Both the position numbers and the translations under genes were made by a program. The notes under the pieces were generated by a model. It had not been told where the DNA came from, did no database searches, and saw only the letters and a list, made by a program, of their open reading frames with translations. From NCBI GenBank assembly GCA_031366795.1, contig JANLOX010000020.1:1-29930 (forward strand): a stretch of 29,930 nucleotides of DNA, in the 5' to 3' direction. The DNA is from Candidatus Eiseniibacteriota bacterium (lineage in GTDB: Bacteria > Eisenbacteria > RBG-16-71-46). This document shows, in pieces, positions 16,329 to 24,721 of the stretch. Numbering within the stretch: the first letter of the stretch is position 1; every line of letters starts with the position of its first letter.

Positions 16329-18302
16329 CTACCGCGTTTCGAGCCGGCTCAGCATCGTGCGCGCCTGGATGTCATCGGGCGTCAACTCGACGAGTCGCCG
16401 GCACCAGTCGCGGGCTTCGTCGAAGCGCTGGAGTTTCACCGCGACCGCGACGTAGGACTTCACGAGGCCGGGCTCGGGTTGGTCGGACTGCTCCAACGCG
16501 CTCCTGTACTCACGCCGCGCGGCGTTGGGCATGCCGAGCGAATTGAAGGCATTGCCGCGGCCCCAGGCTTCGAATGCCACGCGGTGTCGACCCAGGGTGC
16601 GGGTGAGCCAGCCGGTGCGTGGCGGTGGAAGGAGGCGATCTTCGTCCGGCGCCGCAGGTACGTCGAGCATCGCCAGCGACGCGGAGCTCGAAGCGATCAC
16701 CGCCCGATGGGCAGGAATGTCCCGCGCGAACAGCACCGCGGCGCCGTCGGCGTCGATGAGCTTCCAGGTGGGGTCGGCCCGGATGCGATCCACCAGCGCG
16801 TGCGCCGAAGTGGAAACGAGCGCAGTCGCGGGCTGGTACTGCGCCACCATGTGATCCCACCCTGCGCCTGACATCACGTAGGAATACTCACTGTAGAACT
16901 CTTCGCTCATGACTTCGAGACGGCCATCGATAAACACGCGCTGCCCGGGCGAGCGGTGCTGCAGCAGGTAGCCACCCAAGTCGAGCGTGTTGAACATCGG
17001 GTCCCTGAGTTGCAGGTCCTCGATCAAGCCCTGCGTGCGAATTGGGAACACGGCCCGGGACTCCGCGTTGCCAAACGCGATCGGGCGATGGTTCACGGCG
17101 TAGGTGGCGCCACTCACGGCGCGCCACGTCATGACCGCGACCCCGAGCGCAACGACCGGGATCGCCACGCCCTTGGCGCGGCGCAGCCACGTCGCGCGCG
17201 TTCCCAACCATTCCGATGCTCCAGCGGCAGCCTCGATCGCAACGGGCACGGAAGCGACGACGAACAACCCAACATTGCGGACGTGCGTTGCGGCCAATAC
17301 ACCGAACATCGCTGCGATCGCGAGATCGAACAGCGCCAGCCGCCGCGCCCGCAGCACCACAGCGACGCCCGCGCTGACCAGCAACATCTTGAATGCAACG
17401 AGCGGCACGACTCCCCCGGCCGGGCCTGAGAACGGCGACATCAGTTCCGCGATCGACTCGCCGAATGCGTTGCCACTCTGCAATCGCGAACGCAGCGCCC
17501 ACAGGAAGGCCACGCCGCGAGCGCCGTAGGGATTCAGGAGCATGACGGCGCAGGCACCCGCGAGGGCTACCCACGGCGCGCGATCGACGCGTCGCGCAAT
17601 GAGCCCGCGCACGAATGAAGTCGCCGCATACAGCCCGAGCACGGCGATCCCGAACAGCGACAACGCATGCGAGTACACCCACACGAGCTGCAGCGGGATC
17701 GCGGCATAGAGCCAGCGCGTGGCGCCACCGCGTGCATGCTTCTGCAACAGCCACAGCATTGCCGCGAGGCACACGTAGCTCGCCATCTCGGGCCGGGCCA
17801 TGAAGCGCAGTTCCCAGGCGCAGACGCCGAGCCCGAATCCCACGCCGAGCCAAACCACCGAAGTCACGCCGCGCTCGCGCGCGTTGCGCCACATGAACAG
17901 CAGCGTGGCCAGCACCAACCCCACGCGCAACAGTCCAACGCCCGTCATCCCGAAGCGATAGGCCGCAACGAGCGCCAACTGAAACAGCCCGTGCATGTCG
18001 ATGTAGGGACGTCCCGCACTGGGTACGGTGAACGAGTCGACCCGCGGCCAGGTCCGATGCTCGAGGATCCAGCGGCCGGTGGCGATGTGGAAGCCAAAGT
18101 CGCGCGAGGTCTCCGTGCGCCACGCGTAGGCGATGGCCAGCATCACCACAAGCGCCAGCACGAGCCGTCGCTGCCCCGTGGGATCAGGAAACGAGGCGGC
18201 GGCCACGGCTTGCGGTGGCTGTGCCCCACGCGAGGCCATCGTGGGTGACGCACTTCGCAACCGGTTTCCGCGACGCGACTCTTTCGCCACGCGATTGGGC
18301 AT
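16329..18302 (-). CDS. Polytopic membrane protein, putative GT-C-fold glycosyltransferase with C-terminal TPR
   Basis: Loop after TM1 reads DFGFHIATGRWILEH..WPRVDSFT, followed by MARPE, LWVYSH-like, LLNPYG, GGYL and VFIDGRLE motifs, many TM segments and two TPR-like repeats at the C-terminus. Alternative start ATG at 18239. Confidence 0.7.
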   Translation of the reverse strand: MPNRVAKESRRGNRLRSASPTMASRGAQPPQAVAAASFPDPTGQRRLVLALVVMLAIAYAWRTETSRDFGFHIATGRWILEHRTWPRVDSFTVPSAGRPYIDMHGLFQLALVAAYRFGMTGVGLLRVGLVLATLLFMWRNARERGVTSVVWLGVGFGLGVCAWELRFMARPEMASYVCLAAMLWLLQKHARGGATRWLYAAIPLQLVWVYSHALSLFGIAVLGLYAATSFVRGLIARRVDRAPWVALAGACAVMLLNPYGARGVAFLWALRSRLQSGNAFGESIAELMSPFSGPAGGVVPLVAFKMLLVSAGVAVVLRARRLALFDLAIAAMFGVLAATHVRNVGLFVVASVPVAIEAAAGASEWLGTRATWLRRAKGVAIPVVALGVAVMTWRAVSGATYAVNHRPIAFGNAESRAVFPIRTQGLIEDLQLRDPMFNTLDLGGYLLQHRSPGQRVFIDGRLEVMSEEFYSEYSYVMSGAGWDHMVAQYQPATALVSTSAHALVDRIRADPTWKLIDADGAAVLFARDIPAHRAVIASSSASLAMLDVPAAPDEDRLLPPPRTGWLTRTLGRHRVAFEAWGRGNAFNSLGMPNAARREYRSALEQSDQPEPGLVKSYVAVAVKLQRFDEARDWCRRLVELTPDDIQARTMLSRLETR

Positions 18303-18311
18303 GAGATCTTG

Positions 18312-18354
18312 AGGTTATCATGCCGCCGCGAACGGTCCCGGTCCGTGGTACGAT
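18312..18354. promoter_or_regulatory. Possible back-to-back extended -10 promoters
   Basis: Plus strand TGG-TACGAT at 18346-18354; minus strand TGA-TAACCT at 18320-18312. Both fit TGnTAnnnT and lie in an AT-richer divergent gap. Confidence 0.35.
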
Positions 18355-18407
18355 TATGGGCAACGCCTTTCCGATCACTGGACCCCCGACTCAGGATCTA
18401 CCCCGTC

Positions 18408-20222
18408 ATGCGCCCACGTAGCCTCAGCCTGTTGATTTGCCTGGCGATTGCGACATTCGTAACCAGTGCACATGCCTACACTTACGGCGATACGCTCACC
18501 GTGATCTGGAAGCCGCTGCCGAACCTCCCGGCGCTGGCCCGTCCCGGCGATGCCTTCCGGGTGTGGGCCAATGCCCCGAGCACCGCGGCGAACTGGTCGG
18601 CCTCGCTGCGTTATGGAGCGCTCGAGGTGCCGCTGGCGCCGACGGGGGGCGGTTGGCAGGCAACGAAGGGCCGTTGGGAGCTGTCCTTCAGTGTGCCTGC
18701 GGGAACGCCCGAAGAAATCTACGCGCTCATCCTGACCTCCGACTCGACGCTGCCCGATACCGCGGCGCATGCGGTCAAGGTGCTGCCGCAATACCTCGAC
18801 GACTACTATTTCGCGCAGATCAGCGACACGCACCTGCCTGAGCACGCGCTGTCCTCGAACGGCACCATCAATGTCGCGGACACTTCCGGCATGGGCGACT
18901 TCGACGCGGTGATCAACGACCTCAACGTGATCCATCCGCAGTACATCATCCACACCGGCGATCTCGTGAACGAAGGCGAACTCGAGGAATACCTCGGCAT
19001 GTACGAGATGGGCCGCGCGCAGGGCATGCTCAACCGGTTGCGTGATCCCATCTGGGTATCGAGCGGCAATCACGACATCGGCGGCTGGGGAGCGACACCT
19101 CCGCCCGACGGCAACTCGCGCAAGGACTGGTGGCGCTACTACGGCTGGCCGTTCCTCGGCAATCCGCCGTCGGGGGACCCGTACCACTCGCAGGACTTCA
19201 CCTTCGACTACGGCCCGCTGCACGTGATCGGTCTCGAGGCCTACATCAACAGCGGCTCCTACGATCACTACATGCAGAACATCTGGGGTGCCCAGAGCTT
19301 CACGGCGGAGCAGATGGGCTGGCTGTCGGCCGACATCGCGGCGCAGCCGCCGGGCACGCACAAGCTGGCGTTCTACCACTATGACTTTGGCGGCACGCTC
19401 GCCAACGGCACCTCGGGCGCCAACTACACGCAGATCAACCCTGGGGCGCTGGGGCTCGATGGCGCCATCTGGGGCCACTACCACACGGTGCCGGAGGGGA
19501 CACTCACGCCGCGCACCGCGCAGCCCTTCAATCTCGGCTGCCAGTCGGTAATCGACTACCGCGCCTTCCGAATCTTCCATGTGCACAATGGCGTCATTTC
19601 GCCTGGGCCCATGCACCGCGCGGGCGGCACGTCATCCGCGCCGACGGACTCGCTGAGCCTTGCGTGGACCGCGCCCAACGACGGTACACGCTCGCTGCTC
19701 GGCGCCACGGTGGTCAATCGTTTCGGTGAGTTGTTCGAACGCTCACGCCTCGTGTTCAATATGGCGGACCACGATTCGACCTTCACGGCGACCGGCGGCA
19801 CCCTCGCGCAGGTGTTGCGCCAGGGCGGCATCGCCAGCGTCTATGTCGACTTCACGCTGCCCGCCAGCGGCTCCGCGGTGTTGAGCGTGCAGACGAACGC
19901 GCCGGTGCTGAACGTGCCGCCTGCTCCGGTGAGCGCGCTCGAGTTGCGCTCGGTCGTCCCCAATCCTTTCCATGCGCGCGCGGGCTCCAGCGTGACGGTA
20001 CGCTTCGCTCTCCCGTTCACTCAGCGTGCGCGCATGGACATCTTCGATCTCGACGGCCGGCAGGTCGCCCGGCTGCTCGACGGCCCGCAGCCCGCGGGGG
20101 AGCGCATTGCGCGCTGGGATGGCCTGACGCGCTCCGGCCGCGCAGCACTGCCGGGCGTCTATCTCGTGCGGCTCGAAGCGGAGTCCGGCAGGCGTTCCAC
20201 GCGACTGGTGCTGGCCCGCTAG
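18408..20222 (+). CDS. Secreted calcineurin-like metallophosphoesterase with FlgD-Ig/T9SS-like CTD
   Basis: Signal peptide MRPRSLSLLICLAIATFVTSAHA. All five metallophosphoesterase motifs are present: SDTH, GDLVN, GNHD, FYH, GHYH. CTD reads PNPF...FDLDGRQVARL...WDG...PGVYLVRL. Confidence 0.88.
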   Translation: MRPRSLSLLICLAIATFVTSAHAYTYGDTLTVIWKPLPNLPALARPGDAFRVWANAPSTAANWSASLRYGALEVPLAPTGGGWQATKGRWELSFSVPAGTPEEIYALILTSDSTLPDTAAHAVKVLPQYLDDYYFAQISDTHLPEHALSSNGTINVADTSGMGDFDAVINDLNVIHPQYIIHTGDLVNEGELEEYLGMYEMGRAQGMLNRLRDPIWVSSGNHDIGGWGATPPPDGNSRKDWWRYYGWPFLGNPPSGDPYHSQDFTFDYGPLHVIGLEAYINSGSYDHYMQNIWGAQSFTAEQMGWLSADIAAQPPGTHKLAFYHYDFGGTLANGTSGANYTQINPGALGLDGAIWGHYHTVPEGTLTPRTAQPFNLGCQSVIDYRAFRIFHVHNGVISPGPMHRAGGTSSAPTDSLSLAWTAPNDGTRSLLGATVVNRFGELFERSRLVFNMADHDSTFTATGGTLAQVLRQGGIASVYVDFTLPASGSAVLSVQTNAPVLNVPPAPVSALELRSVVPNPFHARAGSSVTVRFALPFTQRARMDIFDLDGRQVARLLDGPQPAGERIARWDGLTRSGRAALPGVYLVRLEAESGRRSTRLVLAR

Positions 20223-20276
20223 CGAGGGCTACACTGGCCCGCTCACCACGGGATCCCTCTTCTTAAAGGTCGACTC

Positions 20277-20999
20277 ATGGGACGTATTTTCGAGACACGC
20301 AAGGCCACGATGTTCGCGCGCTGGGACAAGATGTCCAAGGCGTTCGCCCGCATCGGCAAGGAAATCACGATCGCGGTGAAGGCGAGCGGGCCGCTGCCCG
20401 AGAATAACCCTTCGCTGCGTCGCGTGATGCAGAACGCCCGTGCCGTGAACATGCCGAAGGACAAAGTCGAGCAGGCGATCAAGCGCGCCTCGGGCCACGA
20501 CACCGCGGCGTACGAGGAAATCCTCTACGAAGGCTATGCCCCGCACGGCATCGCCATCCTCGTCGAGTCCGCCACCGACAATGGGGTCCGCACCGTGGCC
20601 AACGTGCGCACGCGCTTCAGCAAATTCGGCGGCAACATGGGTTCGGCCGGCAGCGTGAGCTTCCTGTTCAAGCGCATGGGCGTGTTCCGCCTGAATCCCG
20701 CGGGACTCGACCATGAATCGCTCGAACTCGACTTGATCGACCATGGCCTCGATGAGCTGGGCGAGAGCGTGGGGGAGAAGGGCGAGCCGTTGCTGGTGAT
20801 CCGCTGCGCCTTCAACGATTTCGGCAAGCTGCAAAAAGCGATCGAAGACCGCAAGATCACGCCGCTGTCGGCGGAGTCCGAATACATCGCGCTGACGCCG
20901 ATGGAGCTGCCCGAGGAGAAGGCGACCGAAGTGCTCAAGGTGGTCGACTTGCTCGAGCAGGACGACGACGTGCAGAAGGTGTTCCATAACCTCGCCTAG
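20277..20999 (+). CDS. yebC: YebC/PmpR family protein
   Basis: 240 aa with the family motifs [44 protein letters not shown] and [13 protein letters not shown]. Confidence 0.95.
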   Translation: MGRIFETRKATMFARWDKMSKAFARIGKEITIAVKASGPLPENNPSLRRVMQNARAVNMPKDKVEQAIKRASGHDTAAYEEILYEGYAPHGIAILVESATDNGVRTVANVRTRFSKFGGNMGSAGSVSFLFKRMGVFRLNPAGLDHESLELDLIDHGLDELGESVGEKGEPLLVIRCAFNDFGKLQKAIEDRKITPLSAESEYIALTPMELPEEKATEVLKVVDLLEQDDDVQKVFHNLA

Positions 21000-21072
21000 C
21001 ATCGCCGAGGAGCCACCCGTCGCGGCCAAGTCGCTGGGGCGGCGCATCGTCGAGTTTCCGCTGACGCGACTC

Positions 21073-21897
21073 GTGATCGCCGCGGTGTTCGTGCTGGCGC
21101 CGGTGCTCGCGCTGCAGGCGTTGGTGCGCGCGCTCGCGCTCCCCAAGCCTGTCCGGCTTCCCGTGATGGCGCTGGTTGCGATCCCCGCGATCTACTTCGC
21201 GCTGCGCGCCTATGTGCGCTTGATCGAGCGGCGCGGGTTGAACGAGCTGGCGCCCCAGGGAGCGCTCAAGCAATTCGCGCTCGGATTGGCGCTGGGTGCG
21301 GTGTTGTTCACGACCGTGGCCGGTGTGTTGCACGCGCTCGGCGCCTTCAAGATCACGGGAGGCGGTCCTGCCCTCCAGGTGCTTCCCAACCTGATCGCCA
21401 TGGCCGCGGTTTCGAGCTTCTCCGAGGAAGTGCTGGTGCGCGGCATCATCTTCCGCATCAGCGAGGAGGCGTTGGGCTCGTGGCTCGCCCTGCTGCTGTC
21501 GGCGGCGCTGTTTGGGCTCGGGCATCTCGGCAACCCGCACGCCAACGTGTGGAGCGCCGCGGCCATCGCGATCGAAGCCGGAATCCTGCTGGGCGCCGCC
21601 TACATGGTGACGCGCAGCCTGTGGCTGCCGATCGGGTTGCACGCGGCGTGGAACTTCACCGAGGCCGGCGTGTTCGGCGCCGCGACCTCGGGCAACGAGC
21701 TGCCCGGCCTGCTGCACTCGACGACACAAGGCCCCGAATGGCTATCGGGCGGAGCCTTCGGCGCCGAGGCCTCGGTCGTGGCTGTCGTGGTGTGCTTGAT
21801 CGCTGGCGTCGCCCTGATCGCGCTCGCGGTGCGACGCGGTCAGGTGATCGCGCCGCTGTGGTGCCGCCGGCTCACGCCGCTCCATTCGGCGGCGTGA
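21073..21897 (+). CDS. CPBP (CAAX protease/Abi) family intramembrane metalloprotease
   Basis: Motifs EEVLVRG, LFGLGH, LWLPIGLHAAWN and GGAFGAEAS; multiple TM segments. The true start may be further upstream, near 21001. Confidence 0.9.
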   Translation: MIAAVFVLAPVLALQALVRALALPKPVRLPVMALVAIPAIYFALRAYVRLIERRGLNELAPQGALKQFALGLALGAVLFTTVAGVLHALGAFKITGGGPALQVLPNLIAMAAVSSFSEEVLVRGIIFRISEEALGSWLALLLSAALFGLGHLGNPHANVWSAAAIAIEAGILLGAAYMVTRSLWLPIGLHAAWNFTEAGVFGAATSGNELPGLLHSTTQGPEWLSGGAFGAEASVVAVVVCLIAGVALIALAVRRGQVIAPLWCRRLTPLHSAA

Positions 21898-21917
21898 ACA
21901 CGAACGGCACCTGGAAC
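21884..21917. repeat. 34-bp direct repeat, left copy
   Basis: ATTCGGCGGCGTGAACACGAACGGCACCTGGAAC, 33/34 identical to 23021-23054. On the minus strand it reads FQVPFVFTPPN and continues GAA-stop (stop at 21874-21872). Confidence 0.9.
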
Positions 21918-21929
21918 ACGGAGGGGTTT

Positions 21930-22922
21930 ATGAAGCGTGGCACTGCGTGGGCGTTCGGCATGGCGATGTTCGCGGTGGTCTCGGCAACCGCTGCGCTGGC
22001 TCAAGGCACCGGTCGCTCGCTGGACATACAACCGGGAGCGCGGGAGAACGGATTGGGCGCTGCCGGCGTCGCCCTGCTCGGCGATGGCAGCGACGCCGTG
22101 TGGTGGAACCCAGCGGCCCTGGGTTTCGCTCGTAGGCCGAGCGTGCAGTTGAACTACGCTCAACTGGTTCCGGGGCTCGCGCTGGATGTTCACTATTGGA
22201 ATGAGGCTGGGACACTTCCGCTCGGTACGACCGTGGGCGTGGGGGCGGGGTACACCTACTTGGATTTTGGCAGGCTTTCCGGGTTCGGGAGTAACGGATC
22301 CACCCCCAACGAAAAGTCAGCGTGTGTCAGCGTGGGCGTCGCGGTGCTGCCGAGTCTTGCATTCGGGGCCACGGTCAAGCGGATCCGGATTCAATTGACC
22401 CCGTTCCCGACGCTCGGCATCGGTACGGGTTATGGCCTCGACATGGGAGGGCTTTACCGCCACACGATCGACTCGCTGACGTTCTCGGCCGGCGCCAATG
22501 TGCAAAACCTGGGGCCGGAAGTGACGTTCGGTGATCTCGGTGCGAAGGCTCCCTTGAGCCGGAACCTCAAGCTGGGTGGTGCGATCCAGTACCATGCGTT
22601 GCTGAGCGGCGGCACTGATGTGGGCGCGACTGCGGTGCTGGACTTCAACCAGTCGTTGGTGAGTGGGAGTGGCGACTTCAAGACGTGGAATGGCGGACTC
22701 GAATTCTACGCAGGTCTGCCGCGCATCCTGCGGGTGTCCGTGCGGGGCGGCTACTATTACGACCCCGATGGCCAGATCGAGGACCCGGCGTTTGGCGCGG
22801 GAGTCCGGTTGTTCGGCTTGACCGCGGATGTGGGAGTAATCCCACAGGCGCGTGACTCAGGCCTCGATAACGTCAAAAAGTATACGGTCGGCTACCACTT
22901 CGATCCGTCTCCGATTCACTGA
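21930..22922 (+). CDS. porV: PorV/PorQ family outer-membrane beta-barrel (T9SS shuttle-like)
   Basis: GGAGGGG RBS precedes ATG 21930. Signal peptide ends ...ALA-Q. Family signature LDIQPGARENGLGAAGVAL...DAVWWNPAALG, then GLDMGGLY, NVQNLGP and VRGGYYYD. 330 aa. Assignment is at family level only. Confidence 0.8.
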   Translation: MKRGTAWAFGMAMFAVVSATAALAQGTGRSLDIQPGARENGLGAAGVALLGDGSDAVWWNPAALGFARRPSVQLNYAQLVPGLALDVHYWNEAGTLPLGTTVGVGAGYTYLDFGRLSGFGSNGSTPNEKSACVSVGVAVLPSLAFGATVKRIRIQLTPFPTLGIGTGYGLDMGGLYRHTIDSLTFSAGANVQNLGPEVTFGDLGAKAPLSRNLKLGGAIQYHALLSGGTDVGATAVLDFNQSLVSGSGDFKTWNGGLEFYAGLPRILRVSVRGGYYYDPDGQIEDPAFGAGVRLFGLTADVGVIPQARDSGLDNVKKYTVGYHFDPSPIH

Positions 22923-22950
22923 GACCCCCCCCCGTAGCCGCCCATACGAT

Positions 22951-22995
22951 TCGAGCCCGGCCGCACATCGCGCGCCGGGCTCGATTATTCTTCTC
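22951..22995 (+). terminator. Intrinsic terminator of the porV-like gene
   Basis: Perfect 11-bp stem TCGAGCCCGGC (22951-22961) / GCCGGGCTCGA (22974-22984), followed by the T-rich TTATTCTTCTC. Confidence 0.6.
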
Positions 22996-23017
22996 ACTTT
23001 TCTCACTTTGCGCGTCC

Positions 23018-24211
23018 TCAATTCGGCGGTGTGAACACGAACGGCACCTGGAACGTCGTCACACCCGTCGGGATCGCGGGGAACCTCCAGTCGCGAATCT
23101 GCGACAATGCGCACGAGCTCATGGACGGGACGCCGAGCGTGTTCTGGATCACCACGCACTCGGTCACCTCGCCGGAAGCCGAGACCGTCAGGGCGACGAC
23201 CAGCTTGCCCTTCAGCCCATCGTGCCGCTTGAGTTCGTTGCCGTAGCAGAACTGGATCCCTGCGGCGTACTTCTGCACCACGGCCATCAGCGAGGCGTTG
23301 CTGCGATAGACGCCGGGTGCAGCGCCCCGGCCGCCACCGCCGCCACCGCCGCCACCGCCGCCACCACCGCCGCCCGAGCCCGTGCCGCCACCCGTGCCGC
23401 CACCGCCGCCCGTGCCGTCACCCGTGCCGCCGCCCCAGCCGTTGCCTGAGCCGCCGTCACCCCCACCCGAGCCGCTGCCCGAACCGTTGCCCGTGCCCAA
23501 ACCTCCGGCCGAGCCGCCACCGCCTCCGCTGCCGACGCTCGACAACGAGCCGATCGACACGAGGTTACCGCGCACCGCCGAGCCGCCGACATCAGCTGCT
23601 CCGGTGTTGCCGGCGTAGGTGCCCTGCACCGAGCCGAGCTGGCCGTCGCTGCGGCCGCCTGAAATGTTGCGCGCGGGCCGTGAGCCACCGCTTAGGCCCG
23701 CACTCGCGGACGCCGAACTCAGCGACGACGACAATCCCGACAGCGCATTCGATAGCGCCGCGGTGCTGCCTGAAAGACTCGCCGCGACCTGCGCCGCGCG
23801 CGCGCGCCCTGCGCTGCCACCCGCGTTGCCGCTGAGTTCATTCCCGGGCCCGCCACCCTCGGGGTGGGGATTCGCGACGCGTTCGCCGTCATGCGCGCCA
23901 CGACCGTTTTCGCCGCCGCGCGGACCGGCCGCGGCGTTGGGATCGTCACCGGCGCCCAGCGTGCCGGGAATCCCCGGTGTCGGTTCCGCCACGGGTATCA
24001 CCGCGGGCGGCATGCCTTTGAGCTCGAGTCGCACCATGCGCACCGGCTGTATGTCGATCGCCTGCACCACTTCGCGCGCGGCGGGCGTGAGGAAGATCAC
24101 GATCAGGAACACCACGCCGGCGACGCTGGCGCTGAGCAGGCAGCGGCCGAACAGGTCATCGCGCGAACGCGTGCCCTGCGTGTAGGGATTCTGGATTGCG
24201 ACGCTCGCCAT
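23018..24211 (-). CDS. TonB-like energy transducer with AgmX/PglI-type C-terminal domain (GltG-like)
   Basis: One N-terminal TM, a long Gly/Ser-rich linker, and a C-terminal domain VVQKYAAGIQFCYGNELK...LKGKLVVALTVSASGEV...CALSQIRDWRFP...PFVF. Start is ATG 24211 or GTG 24226. Confidence 0.85.
   Translation of the reverse strand: MASVAIQNPYTQGTRSRDDLFGRCLLSASVAGVVFLIVIFLTPAAREVVQAIDIQPVRMVRLELKGMPPAVIPVAEPTPGIPGTLGAGDDPNAAAGPRGGENGRGAHDGERVANPHPEGGGPGNELSGNAGGSAGRARAAQVAASLSGSTAALSNALSGLSSSLSSASASAGLSGGSRPARNISGGRSDGQLGSVQGTYAGNTGAADVGGSAVRGNLVSIGSLSSVGSGGGGGSAGGLGTGNGSGSGSGGGDGGSGNGWGGGTGDGTGGGGGTGGGTGSGGGGGGGGGGGGGGGRGAAPGVYRSNASLMAVVQKYAAGIQFCYGNELKRHDGLKGKLVVALTVSASGEVTECVVIQNTLGVPSMSSCALSQIRDWRFPAIPTGVTTFQVPFVFTPPN
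23021..23054. repeat. 34-bp direct repeat, right copy (last codons of the AgmX/GltG-like gene)
   Basis: ATTCGGCGGTGTGAACACGAACGGCACCTGGAAC. The single difference from the left copy is synonymous in the minus-strand frame (Thr ACA versus ACG). Confidence 0.9.
23330..23374. repeat. Tandem GCCGCCACC x4 within a poly-Gly tract
   Basis: The 9-bp unit repeats four times at 23330-23365, inside a run of about 15 Gly codons on the minus strand. Confidence 0.8.
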
Positions 24212-24222
24212 GGCCTGGTTCC

Positions 24223-24720
24223 TCACGTGTTCCGCAGCACGGCCAGTGACACATTCTCGAAGCCATTGCGGCTGAGTGTCACCATGACCTTGCGTAGCAG
24301 GCGGTATTCGATATCGCGATCGCCTTGGATCGTCACCAGCCGCGGATCGACGGCCGCGGTGGCCGAGGGGGCAACCTGGTCGGGATTCGCGCGCAGCTCT
24401 TTCAGCCGCTCGGACAGCCCGGGAATCTCGGACTCGCTCGAGGCGTTGACCTCGCTCACCTTGGCCACCTGCTGATCTCCGATGCGGATCGCGTCGCCAT
24501 CGATGGCGACGATCAGCGAGGCGCGCGGTGTCTGCTCGGCCGTCGAGGCCGGCAGCGTCACGCCCTTGGCGGGCACCATGACCTCACCTTCGGCCACGTA
24601 GCTCTTGAGCAGGAACAGCAGCAGCACGGTGAGAATGTCCATCATGGAAATCAGGTTGACGTTGGAACTTCCTTTAAGCCCCTTGCGCCAACGCAGCTTT
24701 CGTTTGTCGCGCAGCTTCAT
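24223..24720 (-). CDS. ExbD/TolR family protein (AglS-like)
   Basis: ATG 24720 lies immediately after the upstream stop. TM motif NLISMMDILTVLLLFLLKSY carries the conserved Asp; IQGDRDIEYRLLRKVM follows. Confidence 0.88.
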   Translation of the reverse strand: MKLRDKRKLRWRKGLKGSSNVNLISMMDILTVLLLFLLKSYVAEGEVMVPAKGVTLPASTAEQTPRASLIVAIDGDAIRIGDQQVAKVSEVNASSESEIPGLSERLKELRANPDQVAPSATAAVDPRLVTIQGDRDIEYRLLRKVMVTLSRNGFENVSLAVLRNT

Positions 24721-24721
24721 G

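Noticed and set aside
20229..21146. 305-aa minus-strand ORF
   Set aside because: Antisense shadow of yebC, typical of high-GC DNA.
21480..21929. 150-aa N-terminal extension of the PorV-like ORF in the ORF track
   Set aside because: It overlaps the CPBP gene out of frame. A strong RBS and signal peptide start at ATG 21930.
22925..23009. C9 tract and TTCTCACTT x2 as phase-variation sites
   Set aside because: Both lie downstream of stop codons in a convergent gap, so slippage would not alter a reading frame or promoter.
21884..23054. 34-bp repeat pair as a diversity-generating retroelement TR/VR
   Set aside because: It is too short, has only one synonymous difference, and there is no reverse transcriptase in the window.
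23382..24185. Pro-rich plus-strand ORFs resembling a TonB spacer
   Set aside because: They are the antisense reading of Gly codons in the AgmX/GltG-like gene.
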